Assembly (NCBI RefSeq): GCF_003010495.1 | Contig: NZ_CP027570.1 | Coordinates: forward strand, 1,080,001 to 1,112,000 | Reading direction: 5' to 3' | Length of the DNA stretch: 32,000 nt | Source: Megasphaera elsdenii DSM 20460 | GTDB lineage: Bacteria > Bacillota > Negativicutes > Veillonellales > Megasphaeraceae | Shown here: positions 23,383 through 31,831 of the stretch, one piece after another | Layout of the letters: the number at the start of each line of letters is the position of its first letter | Position numbering within the stretch: position 1 is the stretch's first letter | Translations under genes and position numbers: made by a program | The notes under the pieces: model-generated | The model's database searches: none | Told to the model about the DNA's origin: nothing | Seen by the model: only the letters and a program-made list of their open reading frames with translations

Positions 23383-24537
23383 ATGATACAGGACATACAG
23401 CAATATATTCACGATGAATTTCAATGGTTTCATCGTCATCCCGAATTGTCTTTTAGGGAAGTAGAAACAACTGAACGTATTCGTCAGGATTTGCAAAAAG
23501 GTGGTTTACGTATTTTAAACCTTCCTCTGGAAACGGGGGTAGTCGCAGAAGTAGGGACTGGGGAACAGCCTATTGTTGCTATTCGCTGTGATATCGATGC
23601 GCTGCCTATTAATGAAGAAGCCGATGTACCTTATCGGTCGGAACATCCCGGGTGCATGCATGCCTGCGGTCATGATTTCCATACCGCTTCTGTTTTAGGC
23701 GCGGCCTATTTGTTGAAGGAGAGAGAAGCGGAAATCCAAGGGACTGTCCGCATTATCTTCCAGCCCGGAGAAGAAGGCCCAAGCGGTGCTTTGAAAATCG
23801 TTGAGACAGGAATTATCGATGATGTCGATGCGATTTTTGGGATGCATTGCACGCCGCTTCTCGATGTGGGACAAATGGGGATTCTCGATGGACCGGCCAT
23901 GGCTGCTGTTGATGCTTTCCGTATTACCTTCCATGGAAAGGGGGTCCATGCGGCCCATCCTGATAAAGGTATCGATCCTATTGTGACAGCAGCTGTTTTT
24001 GTCGGTGCTGTCCAGACCGTCGTCAGTCGAAACATGGATCCCTTCGCCGCTACTTTAGTCAGTGTTACGCACATTGAAGGCGGTTATAACTGGAATGTCA
24101 TTCCTGATGAAACTTTTGTTGAAGGTACGACGCGGAGCATGAGCAAGGAGGGGCGTCAGGCAATCCGGAATCGGATTGAAACGTTAGCTGCTTCAACGGC
24201 GGCTGCTTATGAGGCAAGAGCCGAAGTCCAATGGATTCCAGGGCCTCCTGCGCTCATCAATGATGCTCATTGGGGTATCTTGGCCCGTAAAGTAGCAGAG
24301 AAACAGGGCTTTGATAAACAACCGATGGCTCCTTCCCTGGGAGGAGAAGATTTTGCTTTTTATTACGATAAGGTACCTGGATATTTCGTCTTTATCGGAA
24401 CCGGTCATTCCTATCCGAATCACAATGCTAAATTCAAGGTAAATCCGGCCGCACTATATCCGGCCTCACAATATATGGCTGAACTGGCTTGCCAGGCAGT
24501 GGTACAGATTCGGCAAGAAGGGAGCAGCAAGGAATGA
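23383..24537 (+). CDS. M20 family amidohydrolase (N-acyl-L-amino acid amidohydrolase type)
   Basis: ..FHRHPELSFRE.., ..IRCDIDALPI.., ..HACGHDFH.. and ..QPGEE.. are M20D motifs. The stop overlaps the metN ATG (ATGA). Confidence 0.85.
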   Translation: MIQDIQQYIHDEFQWFHRHPELSFREVETTERIRQDLQKGGLRILNLPLETGVVAEVGTGEQPIVAIRCDIDALPINEEADVPYRSEHPGCMHACGHDFHTASVLGAAYLLKEREAEIQGTVRIIFQPGEEGPSGALKIVETGIIDDVDAIFGMHCTPLLDVGQMGILDGPAMAAVDAFRITFHGKGVHAAHPDKGIDPIVTAAVFVGAVQTVVSRNMDPFAATLVSVTHIEGGYNWNVIPDETFVEGTTRSMSKEGRQAIRNRIETLAASTAAAYEARAEVQWIPGPPALINDAHWGILARKVAEKQGFDKQPMAPSLGGEDFAFYYDKVPGYFVFIGTGHSYPNHNAKFKVNPAALYPASQYMAELACQAVVQIRQEGSSKE

Positions 24538-25564
24538 TTCAATTTAAAGATGTCAGTAAAACCTTTAAAAGCAAAGGGGTTACTACGCAGGCGTTACAGC
24601 ATGTATCCCTGACTATCGAAGACGGAGATATGTTTGGCGTCATTGGTTTCAGCGGTGCTGGTAAGTCGACGCTGCTGCGGATGGTCAATGGTCTGGAAAT
24701 GCCGACAGAAGGTCATGTAGAAATCAACGGCCAGGATTTGAGCAAAGTTTCTCATAATGAAATGCGTAAACTGCGCAAATCCATTGGTATGGTCTTTCAG
24801 CAATTCAATCTCCTCGACTCGCGGACCGTCTTCGACAATGTGGCCATTCCCTTACGCCTTAATAAAGTAGATAAAGACACGATGCATAAAAAGGTCATGG
24901 AACTTTTGGAATACGTCAATTTGGCAGATAAAGCCGATGCCTATCCGGGACAGCTTTCGGGCGGCCAGAAACAGCGTGTCGGTATTGCCCGCGCACTGGC
25001 AACGGATCCATCGATTCTCTTGTGCGATGAAGCGACGAGTGCCTTGGATCCGGAAACGACCGAATCGATTCTGCAGCTCCTGGAACGGATTCATAAAGAA
25101 TTGAATATTACGATATTACGATGCTCATCGTTACGCACGAAATACAAGTCATCCAGCGCTTATGCAACCGCGTAGCTGTCATGGAACATGGGAAAGTCGT
25201 AGAAAAAGGTTCTGTTCTGGAAGTCTTCAGTAATCCTCAGCAGGATATGACCAAAAAATTTGTCCGTACCGTTATTCCCGACCAGATTCCACCTTCTGTC
25301 GTAGCAAAGATTCACGAGGAAAAAGACAATTATAAAATCTTGCGGCTCCGTTTCCTTGGTGATAACGCAACAGACCATCTCTTGTATCATATCAACAAGA
25401 CATTTTCCGTGCAGACGAATATTCTCTTTGCATCGGTCAATGAATTACAAAAGACGATCCTCGGCATTTTCATCCTTCAGATTATCGGGGATGATGCGGA
25501 GATTGCCAAGGTTATCCAATACATTGATGAACAACTGGTTCAGTGGCAGGAGGTTGAATTATGA
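24534..25564 (+). pseudogene. metN: methionine ABC transporter ATPase interrupted by a +8 frameshift
   Basis: The N-terminal part (Walker A GFSGAGKST, LSGGQKQR, Walker B ILLCDEATSALD) is in frame 0 up to 25175. The H-loop and NIL domain (MLIVTHEIQV...) continue in another frame from 25121. Removing one copy of ATTACGAT restores ..ELNITMLIVTHE... Confidence 0.85.
25107..25122 (+). repeat. perfect 8-bp tandem duplication ATTACGAT ATTACGAT
   Basis: Read directly: 25107-25114 equals 25115-25122. Confidence 0.95.
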
Positions 25565-26223
25565 TGATTGATTTAGGCGTGCCGATGTCGCAGATTATCT
25601 TGGCGGCAGAACAGACCGTGTATATGGTCTTTGTTTCCCTGTTTTTGGGGACGATTTTAGCTATCATCATGTCGGTCGTCTTAGTATTGACCAATGCAGA
25701 TGGTATTTTGAAGAATAAATATGTGTTTACCGTCCTCAATACAGTAATCAATATTATCCGCAGTATTCCGTTTATCATCCTGATGGTCTTTATTTTGCCA
25801 TTGACTAAAATGATTGTCGGAACCCGCATTGGGACGACAGCGGCTTTAGTCCCACTGGTCATTTTCATTGCGCCTTATTTGACCCGGCTTTTTGAAAATT
25901 CCATTTTGGAAGTCAGTAAAGGTATTGTCGAAGCGGCTCAGTCCATGGGCGCTTCATACTTTGAAATTGTTTGGTATTTCTTGTTGCCGGAAGCTAAAAG
26001 TTCTCTGATCTTATCGATTACGACTGGGACGATCGGCCTTATCGGGGCTACGGCCATGGCAGGTGTCATCGGGGCCGGCGGTGTTGGTGATTTAGCGCTG
26101 ACTTATGGCTATGAAAGACTGAATACACCGCTCATGTTCTTTACAGTCGTCATCTTAGTTATTTTTGTACAAATCATTCAATCGATTGGGAATCATTTTG
26201 CCTATAAGACGCGCAATCATTAA
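25561..26223 (+). CDS. metI: methionine ABC transporter permease
   Basis: The ATGA overlap with the metN 3' end suggests translational coupling. Five or six TM segments. ..IVEAAQSMGAS...LPEA.. is the EAA-loop region. Confidence 0.85.
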   Translation: MMIDLGVPMSQIILAAEQTVYMVFVSLFLGTILAIIMSVVLVLTNADGILKNKYVFTVLNTVINIIRSIPFIILMVFILPLTKMIVGTRIGTTAALVPLVIFIAPYLTRLFENSILEVSKGIVEAAQSMGASYFEIVWYFLLPEAKSSLILSITTGTIGLIGATAMAGVIGAGGVGDLALTYGYERLNTPLMFFTVVILVIFVQIIQSIGNHFAYKTRNH

Positions 26224-26274
26224 GATTGCACAAGTCTATATGTATATAGGGATGTTTATTTAGGGGGTATTTAT

Positions 26275-27114
26275 ATGAAATGGAAAACATGGAAAAAGTT
26301 TGGTGTCATTGCGATGGCCGTCATCATGGGGGCAGCTTTTCTTGCTGGATGTGGTAGCGATAACAGCAGTTCATCGAGTGCGAATAAGAAAGAGCTGACG
26401 TACAGTAAATCGCAAGGCCCATATTCTGATCTCTTTGAAAAGGGAATTAAGCCGATTTTGGAAAAGAAAGGCTATAAAGTTACGGGTAAGGATATGTCTG
26501 ATTTGTTACAAGCCGATGTTGCCCTGAACGAAGGTGAAGTCGATTTCAACGTCGAACAGCATACGGCTTATATGGAAAACTTCAACCAGAAACAAAACGG
26601 CCATTTAGCAGCTATTACGCCGATTCCGACTGTTCCGGCCGGTATTTTCCCGGGGGCTAAGACTTCTTTGGACCAGGTAGCCGATGGCGATACGATTGCC
26701 GTTCCGAATGATGCTTCCAACACGGCTCGTGCTTATGCCCTGCTCCAGAAAATCGGCTGGATTAAACTGGACCCGAACAAAGATTTATCGACCGTCACCC
26801 AGCAGGATATCGTAGAAAATCCGCATCACTTGAAATTCACCGAAATGAAGTCGTTGACGATTCCGTCGGTCCGCAGTGATTTCAGCTACATTGTCATCAC
26901 CGGTGCTATCATTTACAATGCTAAGATCGATCCTCAGACAGCTTTGGCCAAAGAAGATATCTTACCGCATCTCCTGTTACAGCTCGTTGTCCAGGATAAA
27001 GATAAAGATGCACAGTGGGTTAAAGATATTGCCGATGCATACCATTCTGACGAATTTAAAGAATACATGAAGAAAAACAACAATGGTCTTTGGTTCGTAC
27101 CGGATGGAGAATAA
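26275..27114 (+). CDS. metQ: MetQ/NlpA family substrate-binding lipoprotein (second copy in the window)
   Basis: Lipobox FLAGC. ..VEQHTAYMENFN.. and ..VPNDASNTARAYALLQKIGWIKL.. are NlpA-family motifs. Confidence 0.85.
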   Translation: MKWKTWKKFGVIAMAVIMGAAFLAGCGSDNSSSSSANKKELTYSKSQGPYSDLFEKGIKPILEKKGYKVTGKDMSDLLQADVALNEGEVDFNVEQHTAYMENFNQKQNGHLAAITPIPTVPAGIFPGAKTSLDQVADGDTIAVPNDASNTARAYALLQKIGWIKLDPNKDLSTVTQQDIVENPHHLKFTEMKSLTIPSVRSDFSYIVITGAIIYNAKIDPQTALAKEDILPHLLLQLVVQDKDKDAQWVKDIADAYHSDEFKEYMKKNNNGLWFVPDGE

Positions 27115-27124
27115 GATTTAGATT

Positions 27125-27847
27125 TTAGAAAAATGCGGCAATTTCTTCCGGCGTATCGACGAGGAAGCGGGCACCGTGGTTTTGTAAGAAGGTTTTGGAA
27201 CGGAAGCCCCAGGTGACGCTGAGGCAGTCCAGTCCGGCGTTCTCTGCCGTCTGGATGTCGATTTCGGAATCACCGATGTAAACGGCCTGTTCCGGCGTGA
27301 GTCCCAAGTCTTTCAAGGCTTTGAGGACCATGTCCGGCGCAGGCTTTCGCCGTATCTGGGGCTGTTCTCCCAAGGCGAGGTCGAAGAGGCCCTGGAAGTA
27401 GTCCGCTGTCAGTTTCTGCACGGCCGGGTCGGGTTTATTGGAGACGACGGCCGTCTGGATGCCGGCAGCCCGGAGCTGGCGGAGGAGCGGGCTGATGCCG
27501 GCATATTCACCGGTCTGGATGGCGCAGTGAGCGGCATAGTAGGGACGGAAGATGTCCTGGATGCGGCGGACTTCCTGGGCGTCGACACGCGGCGTAATCG
27601 TATCGCCGTCCTGGCCGACGTATTCCAGCTGTTCGTAAGAGGCAATTCCCTTTTCAATGGCCAAGGCGCGGGTAATGGCCACTTGGACACCGCTGCCAAA
27701 GAATTGGCGGACCTGGGCTATCCCATAGGCATGGTCATGCCTCGTTTCGGCTAAGACATGGTTCAAGGCGCTGGTCAGGTCTTCCAGGGTATTGAGGACA
27801 GTCCCATCCATATCGAAAATCGCGGCTTTATATGTTTTATGTTGCAT
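27125..27847 (-). CDS. HAD-IA family phosphatase (phosphoglycolate phosphatase-like)
   Basis: Start MQHKTYKAAIFDMDGTVLNT (DxDGT motif) follows GGAGGAG. ..VSNKP.. and ..YIGDSEIDIQTA.. are motifs III and IV. The longer track ORF overlaps znuA and is not credible. Confidence 0.85.
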   Translation of the reverse strand: MQHKTYKAAIFDMDGTVLNTLEDLTSALNHVLAETRHDHAYGIAQVRQFFGSGVQVAITRALAIEKGIASYEQLEYVGQDGDTITPRVDAQEVRRIQDIFRPYYAAHCAIQTGEYAGISPLLRQLRAAGIQTAVVSNKPDPAVQKLTADYFQGLFDLALGEQPQIRRKPAPDMVLKALKDLGLTPEQAVYIGDSEIDIQTAENAGLDCLSVTWGFRSKTFLQNHGARFLVDTPEEIAAFF

Positions 27848-27875
27848 GTTCTCCTCCAGTTTATATTCTGAAATC

Positions 27876-28802
27876 TTAGTACAGGCTGCTGGCATAGATT
27901 TTTTCCAGGTTGTCGTGCATGCGGTCCAGGTAGGATTCGTCGTCCTCGCTCGTTTCGATGGTGTGGATCGTTTCGACACGGGCGCCGACTTCACGGGCCA
28001 GGGTTTCCGACGTCTTCGGGCTGACCATGTCTTCCACGAAAATCGTCCGCACGTCGTTGGCCCGGCAATAGTCGGCCAGGCGGGCCAGCTGGCGGGCACT
28101 GGGCTCGCCGCTGGAAAAGACGGATTCGACGCTGTGCTGGGTCAGGCCGAAGTCGCGGCAGAGGTAGGCAAAGGCTGCATGGCCTGTGACGAAATCCTTG
28201 CGGGGGACGCTGGCGAATTTGCGGGCATATTCATCTTGCAGGGCTTGGAGCTGCTTTTTGTAGTTCCCGGCATTGTTGCGGTAATAGTCGGCGTTGGCCG
28301 GATCGGCTTCAGCCAGGGCGGCGGCGATATTGGAAACTTCTATCTGGGCGTTTACCAGACTCAACCAGATGTGCGGGTCATAAGCGCCGTGCTCCTTGAT
28401 GTCTTCTTCATCGGTCAGGGCAATCGGCGTGACACCTTGGGACGCATTGACCGTGTGGAGTGCCGTATTCTTGGCGGCCTCGACGACTTTGGGAGCCCAC
28501 GGTTCCATGCCCAGACCGCTGTAAACGAAGAGCTGGGATTTGCCGAGGTGTTTAATGGTCTGCGTCGTCGGCTGAAATTCATGGGGTTCTGTCCCATCGG
28601 GGATGAGCGTGTAGACATCGACTTTATCGCCGCCTACGGCCTGGGTAAATTCTTTCAGGGCGTCGAAAGTGACAGCGACTTTTAATTTTCCGTCATCGGG
28701 GACGTCGGCGGCGGGGCCGCAGCCAGCCAGGCTGATGACGCATAAGCAGGCCGCCAGGACCGTGATGTAACGGGCGAGGCGGCTGAGGGTATGAAACAAC
28801 AT
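27876..28802 (-). CDS. znuA: metal (probably zinc) ABC transporter substrate-binding lipoprotein
   Basis: Lipobox SLAGC. His ligand positions are EPHEF, DPHIWL and TGHAAFAYL (His rather than Glu at the third site favours Zn). GGAGG RBS. Confidence 0.8.
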   Translation of the reverse strand: MLFHTLSRLARYITVLAACLCVISLAGCGPAADVPDDGKLKVAVTFDALKEFTQAVGGDKVDVYTLIPDGTEPHEFQPTTQTIKHLGKSQLFVYSGLGMEPWAPKVVEAAKNTALHTVNASQGVTPIALTDEEDIKEHGAYDPHIWLSLVNAQIEVSNIAAALAEADPANADYYRNNAGNYKKQLQALQDEYARKFASVPRKDFVTGHAAFAYLCRDFGLTQHSVESVFSSGEPSARQLARLADYCRANDVRTIFVEDMVSPKTSETLAREVGARVETIHTIETSEDDESYLDRMHDNLEKIYASSLY

Positions 28803-28818
28803 AATGAGGACCTCCTAT

Positions 28819-28849
28819 GGCGTCCATCGTATCACGGACGCCTTTTTTT
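28819..28849 (+). terminator. plus-strand intrinsic-terminator-like hairpin in the znuA/znuC divergent region
   Basis: GGCGTCC (28819-28825), a 10-nt loop and GGACGCC (28836-28842), followed by T7 (28843-28849). Confidence 0.5.
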
Positions 28850-28862
28850 GTCAATTATTTGC

Positions 28863-28898
28863 AAATGCCTTGCATTTTCGTTTAGACAGGGCTATAAT
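28863..28898 (+). promoter_or_regulatory. znuCB-zur promoter with a candidate operator palindrome
   Basis: TTGCAT (28870-28875), a 17-nt spacer and TATAAT (28893-28898). The inverted repeat AAATGC-CTT-GCATTT (28863-28877) overlaps the -35. Confidence 0.5.
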
Positions 28899-28930
28899 AA
28901 AATCTCGATGTACGACAAGGGAGGAACACT

Positions 28931-29599
28931 ATGATTGATTTACAGCACGTTTATTTCGCCTATGAACACGGTCAATACTTGTTGGAAGATGTCAATATGA
29001 CCATCCGTGACGGCGATTATATTTCCGTTGTCGGTGAAAATGGCAGCGGCAAGAGCACGCTCATCAAGCTCATCCTGGGTTTATTGTCGCCGAGCCGCGG
29101 GTCTATTTCCAATACCTATCATCACCGGGCCTATGTGCCGCAGCGTTTCGAGACGCTGAACAGCCAGTTCCCGATTACCGTCTGGGAAGTCCTCAACTGC
29201 TACCGCCAGGTACTGCACTTGAAGCATAAAGAAATCATCCGGGACTGCCTGGAGCAGATGAATGTCTATTCCCTGAAAGACCAGCTCATCGGTAATTTGT
29301 CCGGCGGCCAGTGCCAGAAGGTCCTCATCGCCCGGGCCCTCATGGGGCATCCGGACCTGCTCATCTTCGATGAACCGTCGACGGGTATCGATGTCCGCAG
29401 CCAGGAAGAACTCTACCCTTTTATTAAGGATTTAAATGAAAATAAAGGCGTTACGGTCATTACGGTTGAACACAATCTGAAATTCGCCGTCCGCAATTCG
29501 ACGAAGATGTTCCATGTCGTCGGCGGCCGCGGTCATTTCTGCTCGCCTAAGGCCTACCTCGATGAATACGTATCGGCCACGATGGGAGGGAATCAGTAA
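28931..29599 (+). CDS. znuC: metal ABC transporter ATP-binding protein
   Basis: Walker A GENGSGKST, signature LSGGQCQK, Walker B LLIFDEPSTGID. GGGAGG RBS. Confidence 0.85.
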   Translation: MIDLQHVYFAYEHGQYLLEDVNMTIRDGDYISVVGENGSGKSTLIKLILGLLSPSRGSISNTYHHRAYVPQRFETLNSQFPITVWEVLNCYRQVLHLKHKEIIRDCLEQMNVYSLKDQLIGNLSGGQCQKVLIARALMGHPDLLIFDEPSTGIDVRSQEELYPFIKDLNENKGVTVITVEHNLKFAVRNSTKMFHVVGGRGHFCSPKAYLDEYVSATMGGNQ

Positions 29600-30417
29600 T
29601 GTTTGAATATGCCTTTATGCAGAATGCTTTCATCGTAGCCCTGCTCATCTCCATCGTCTGCCCGCTCATCGGCATCTTTCTGGTCCTGCGCCGCTATTCC
29701 ATGATCGGCGACGCCTTATCCCATGCATCCCTGGCTGGGGTCGCCGTAGGCCTCCTCTTTGACTGGAACCCGGTCCTCAGTGCCTTTGGCCTGACCAGCT
29801 TTTTCGGCATCCTCATCGAAGTCCTGCGCCGCCGTTTCCGTCGTTATGCCGAGCTCATCCTGGTCATTATTTTATCGCTCTCCGTGGGCATCGCCATTAC
29901 CATCATCAGTGCCGGCCTGGTCCATACGAACGTGGAATCCTTCTTGTTCGGCAGTATCCTGACTGTATCGACAGGCGATGTCTATTCTGTCGTCGCCCTC
30001 AGCGTCATTTCCCTGGCCGTCATTGCCAAACTCTACCCTCAATTGGTCATGCTGACTTTTGACGAAGACGGCGCCCAGATTGCCGGCGTCCGCAGCAAGC
30101 TCATCAATTACGTCTTTGCCGTCCTGGTAGCGGCGACGATATCTGTTTCCATCCGCATCGTCGGCATCCTGGTCATCAGCTCCCTCATCGCCCTGCCCGT
30201 GGCGACGGCCCTGCAGCTGCGCAAAGGCTTCCGGCGGACGCTCATTTACTCCGTCGTCTTCAGCTTCATCGATATCTTGTCGGGACTCCTGTTGTCTTAT
30301 TATATCGATGCCGCTCCGGGCGGGGTTACGGCCTTGACGTCAGTGGCTATGCTGCTTTTGGTCATCGTCTATAAAGAATGTGTCTTTTCCCTGCAAGAAA
30401 AGAGGCGCCGTCCATGA
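29599..30417 (+). CDS. znuB: metal ABC transporter permease (ABC-3 family)
   Basis: TAATG overlap with znuC. ..FMQNAFIVALLISIVCPLIG..MIGDALSHASLAGVA.. is typical of ZnuB/ABC-3. Confidence 0.85.
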   Translation: MFEYAFMQNAFIVALLISIVCPLIGIFLVLRRYSMIGDALSHASLAGVAVGLLFDWNPVLSAFGLTSFFGILIEVLRRRFRRYAELILVIILSLSVGIAITIISAGLVHTNVESFLFGSILTVSTGDVYSVVALSVISLAVIAKLYPQLVMLTFDEDGAQIAGVRSKLINYVFAVLVAATISVSIRIVGILVISSLIALPVATALQLRKGFRRTLIYSVVFSFIDILSGLLLSYYIDAAPGGVTALTSVAMLLLVIVYKECVFSLQEKRRRP

Positions 30418-30839
30418 CTGACGCTTATAAAGATTGTTTACGTGCCCACGGCCTGAAGAGTACCAAGGCCCGCAATGGCGTCCTGGCCATCCTCAGCCGG
30501 AATACCCGTGTCATTACGGTCGAAGCCGTGTATGCAGCTTTGTTAGAACAAGGCTGTAAAGTCAATTTTTCCACCGTTTACCGCATCCTGGAAATGTTTA
30601 CAGAACGTAAGCTGACAGAAAAGATTTTCCTTCCCGATGAAGGAAAATACGGCTTTTCGCTCTGTCGTCCCGGCCATACACACCGATTGATTTGTTTACA
30701 TTGCCATAAAGTCGTGGACCTGTCCCATTGCCCGCTCAGCGACTATGAAAAAGAAGTGGCCCAAAAGACCCAGTTCGATATCGTAGGCCATAACCTGGAA
30801 CTCTACGGCTACTGTCCGGAATGTAAGAAGGGGAGATAA
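30414..30839 (+). CDS. zur: Fur family transcriptional regulator, probably Zur
   Basis: ATGA overlap with znuB. ..GLKSTKARNGVLAIL.. is the HTH region. Cys pairs CLHC and CPEC are present. Assignment is supported by operon context. Confidence 0.75.
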   Translation: MTDAYKDCLRAHGLKSTKARNGVLAILSRNTRVITVEAVYAALLEQGCKVNFSTVYRILEMFTERKLTEKIFLPDEGKYGFSLCRPGHTHRLICLHCHKVVDLSHCPLSDYEKEVAQKTQFDIVGHNLELYGYCPECKKGR

Positions 30840-30841
30840 TT

Positions 30842-31058
30842 GCTAGCGGCTAGTGGCTGGTGGCGCCCCTACGACGTAAAAGGGACTACGCATGATGGTA
30901 TAAGCCTTCATACAGTAGTCCCTTTTCTAGTAGCTGGAAAAAGCAACCTCTCAGTCAGCTTTGCTGACAGCTCTCCTATGAGGAGAGCCACGAACCGCGG
31001 CCAGCGAACTGCGGCCTGCAAGCGCCCACGGGGCGCCCATACGAGCCACGAGCCACTA
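30842..31058. repeat. GC-rich multi-hairpin intergenic element flanked by inverted TGGCTNG heptamer arrays
   Basis: The left end is GCTAGCG GCTAGTG GCTGGTG GCGCCCC TACGACG (30842-30876). The right end is GGCGCCCATACGAG CCACGAG CCAC (31033-31056). Internal hairpins are GTCAGC-TTT-GCTGAC and GCTCTCC-TATGA-GGAGAGC. The 75-aa track ORF here is not credible. Confidence 0.6.
30878..30926. terminator. bidirectional terminator-like hairpin inside the element
   Basis: AAAAGGGACTAC (30878-30889) pairs perfectly with GTAGTCCCTTTT (30915-30926). The loop is 25 nt, with a short inner stem. Confidence 0.5.
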
Positions 31059-31059
31059 T

Positions 31060-31584
31060 TTATTTAACAAATTTGATGAAATCTGGTTTCCGCGGAGCGG
31101 CAGCCGGTTCCGGCCCGTCGCCATAGCCGACGATGCAGTGGCCGACGCCGACGAGGTGTTCCGGCAGGCCCCATTCTTTGAGGAGGGCTTTCCCTTCGGG
31201 CGTTTCGAATTCTTCTTTGGCCCGGTTGATCCAGCATGAGCCGAGGTGCAGGGACGCAGCGGCGTTCATGAGGTTGCCCAGGATGAGACAGCCATCGGAC
31301 CAGGCATTGGGGGATTTTTCCATGTCGGCCAGGACCAGGAGGACCGTCGGTGCGCCGTACATGGGGTCACTCGTCGTGCCCATGATTTTGGCATTGAGGG
31401 CACTCAGGCGGGCCAGGGTATCCGTGTCCTGGATGACGACGATGGTGCAGGGCTGGAGACCGTGGCCACTGGCGGCATACGTGCCAGCCTGGAGGATCAA
31501 GTATAAATCTTCGTCGCTGATCTGGGCTTTTTTGTACTTGCGGACACTGCGCCGCGTGATGAGGGTATGGATGGTTTCATTCAT
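31060..31584 (-). CDS. nitroreductase family protein
   Basis: ATG at 31584 lies 8 nt after AGGAG. ..IHTLITRRSVRKY.. is the nitroreductase N-terminal motif. Confidence 0.85.
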   Translation of the reverse strand: MNETIHTLITRRSVRKYKKAQISDEDLYLILQAGTYAASGHGLQPCTIVVIQDTDTLARLSALNAKIMGTTSDPMYGAPTVLLVLADMEKSPNAWSDGCLILGNLMNAAASLHLGSCWINRAKEEFETPEGKALLKEWGLPEHLVGVGHCIVGYGDGPEPAAAPRKPDFIKFVK

Positions 31585-31831
31585 GATATTCACTCCTAAG
31601 AAATATATTTTGTTGCACTTTTGTTATATTATAGAGTATTTGTGCCTGAGGAAAAAGGCTTTTGTCAGGACATTTCACGCCTTTTTAGGACTTTTTATAA
31701 TTCCTTTACAATTTGTTTTCTATCTCCGTACCTTCGGCCTGCCTGGTGCCCGACCCTCTAGCAGGAGATGTGAAAAGTGTGCTATAATAAAACGATTAAG
31801 ATAGTGATACACAGCATTAGGAGCGATAGCA

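Noticed and set aside
25121-25564. Treating the two metN fragments as a genuine split ABC ATPase, or as a programmed frameshift.
   Set aside because: The break coincides exactly with an 8-bp tandem duplication. The second fragment has no SD, and the split separates Walker B from the H-loop. I saw no slippery heptamer or downstream pseudoknot.
30840-31067. 75-aa ORF (MLAASGWWRPYDV...) in the zur/nitroreductase spacer.
   Set aside because: It is made up entirely of the heptamer arrays and hairpins of the repeat element. It starts at TTG with no SD, and its composition is dictated by the repeats.
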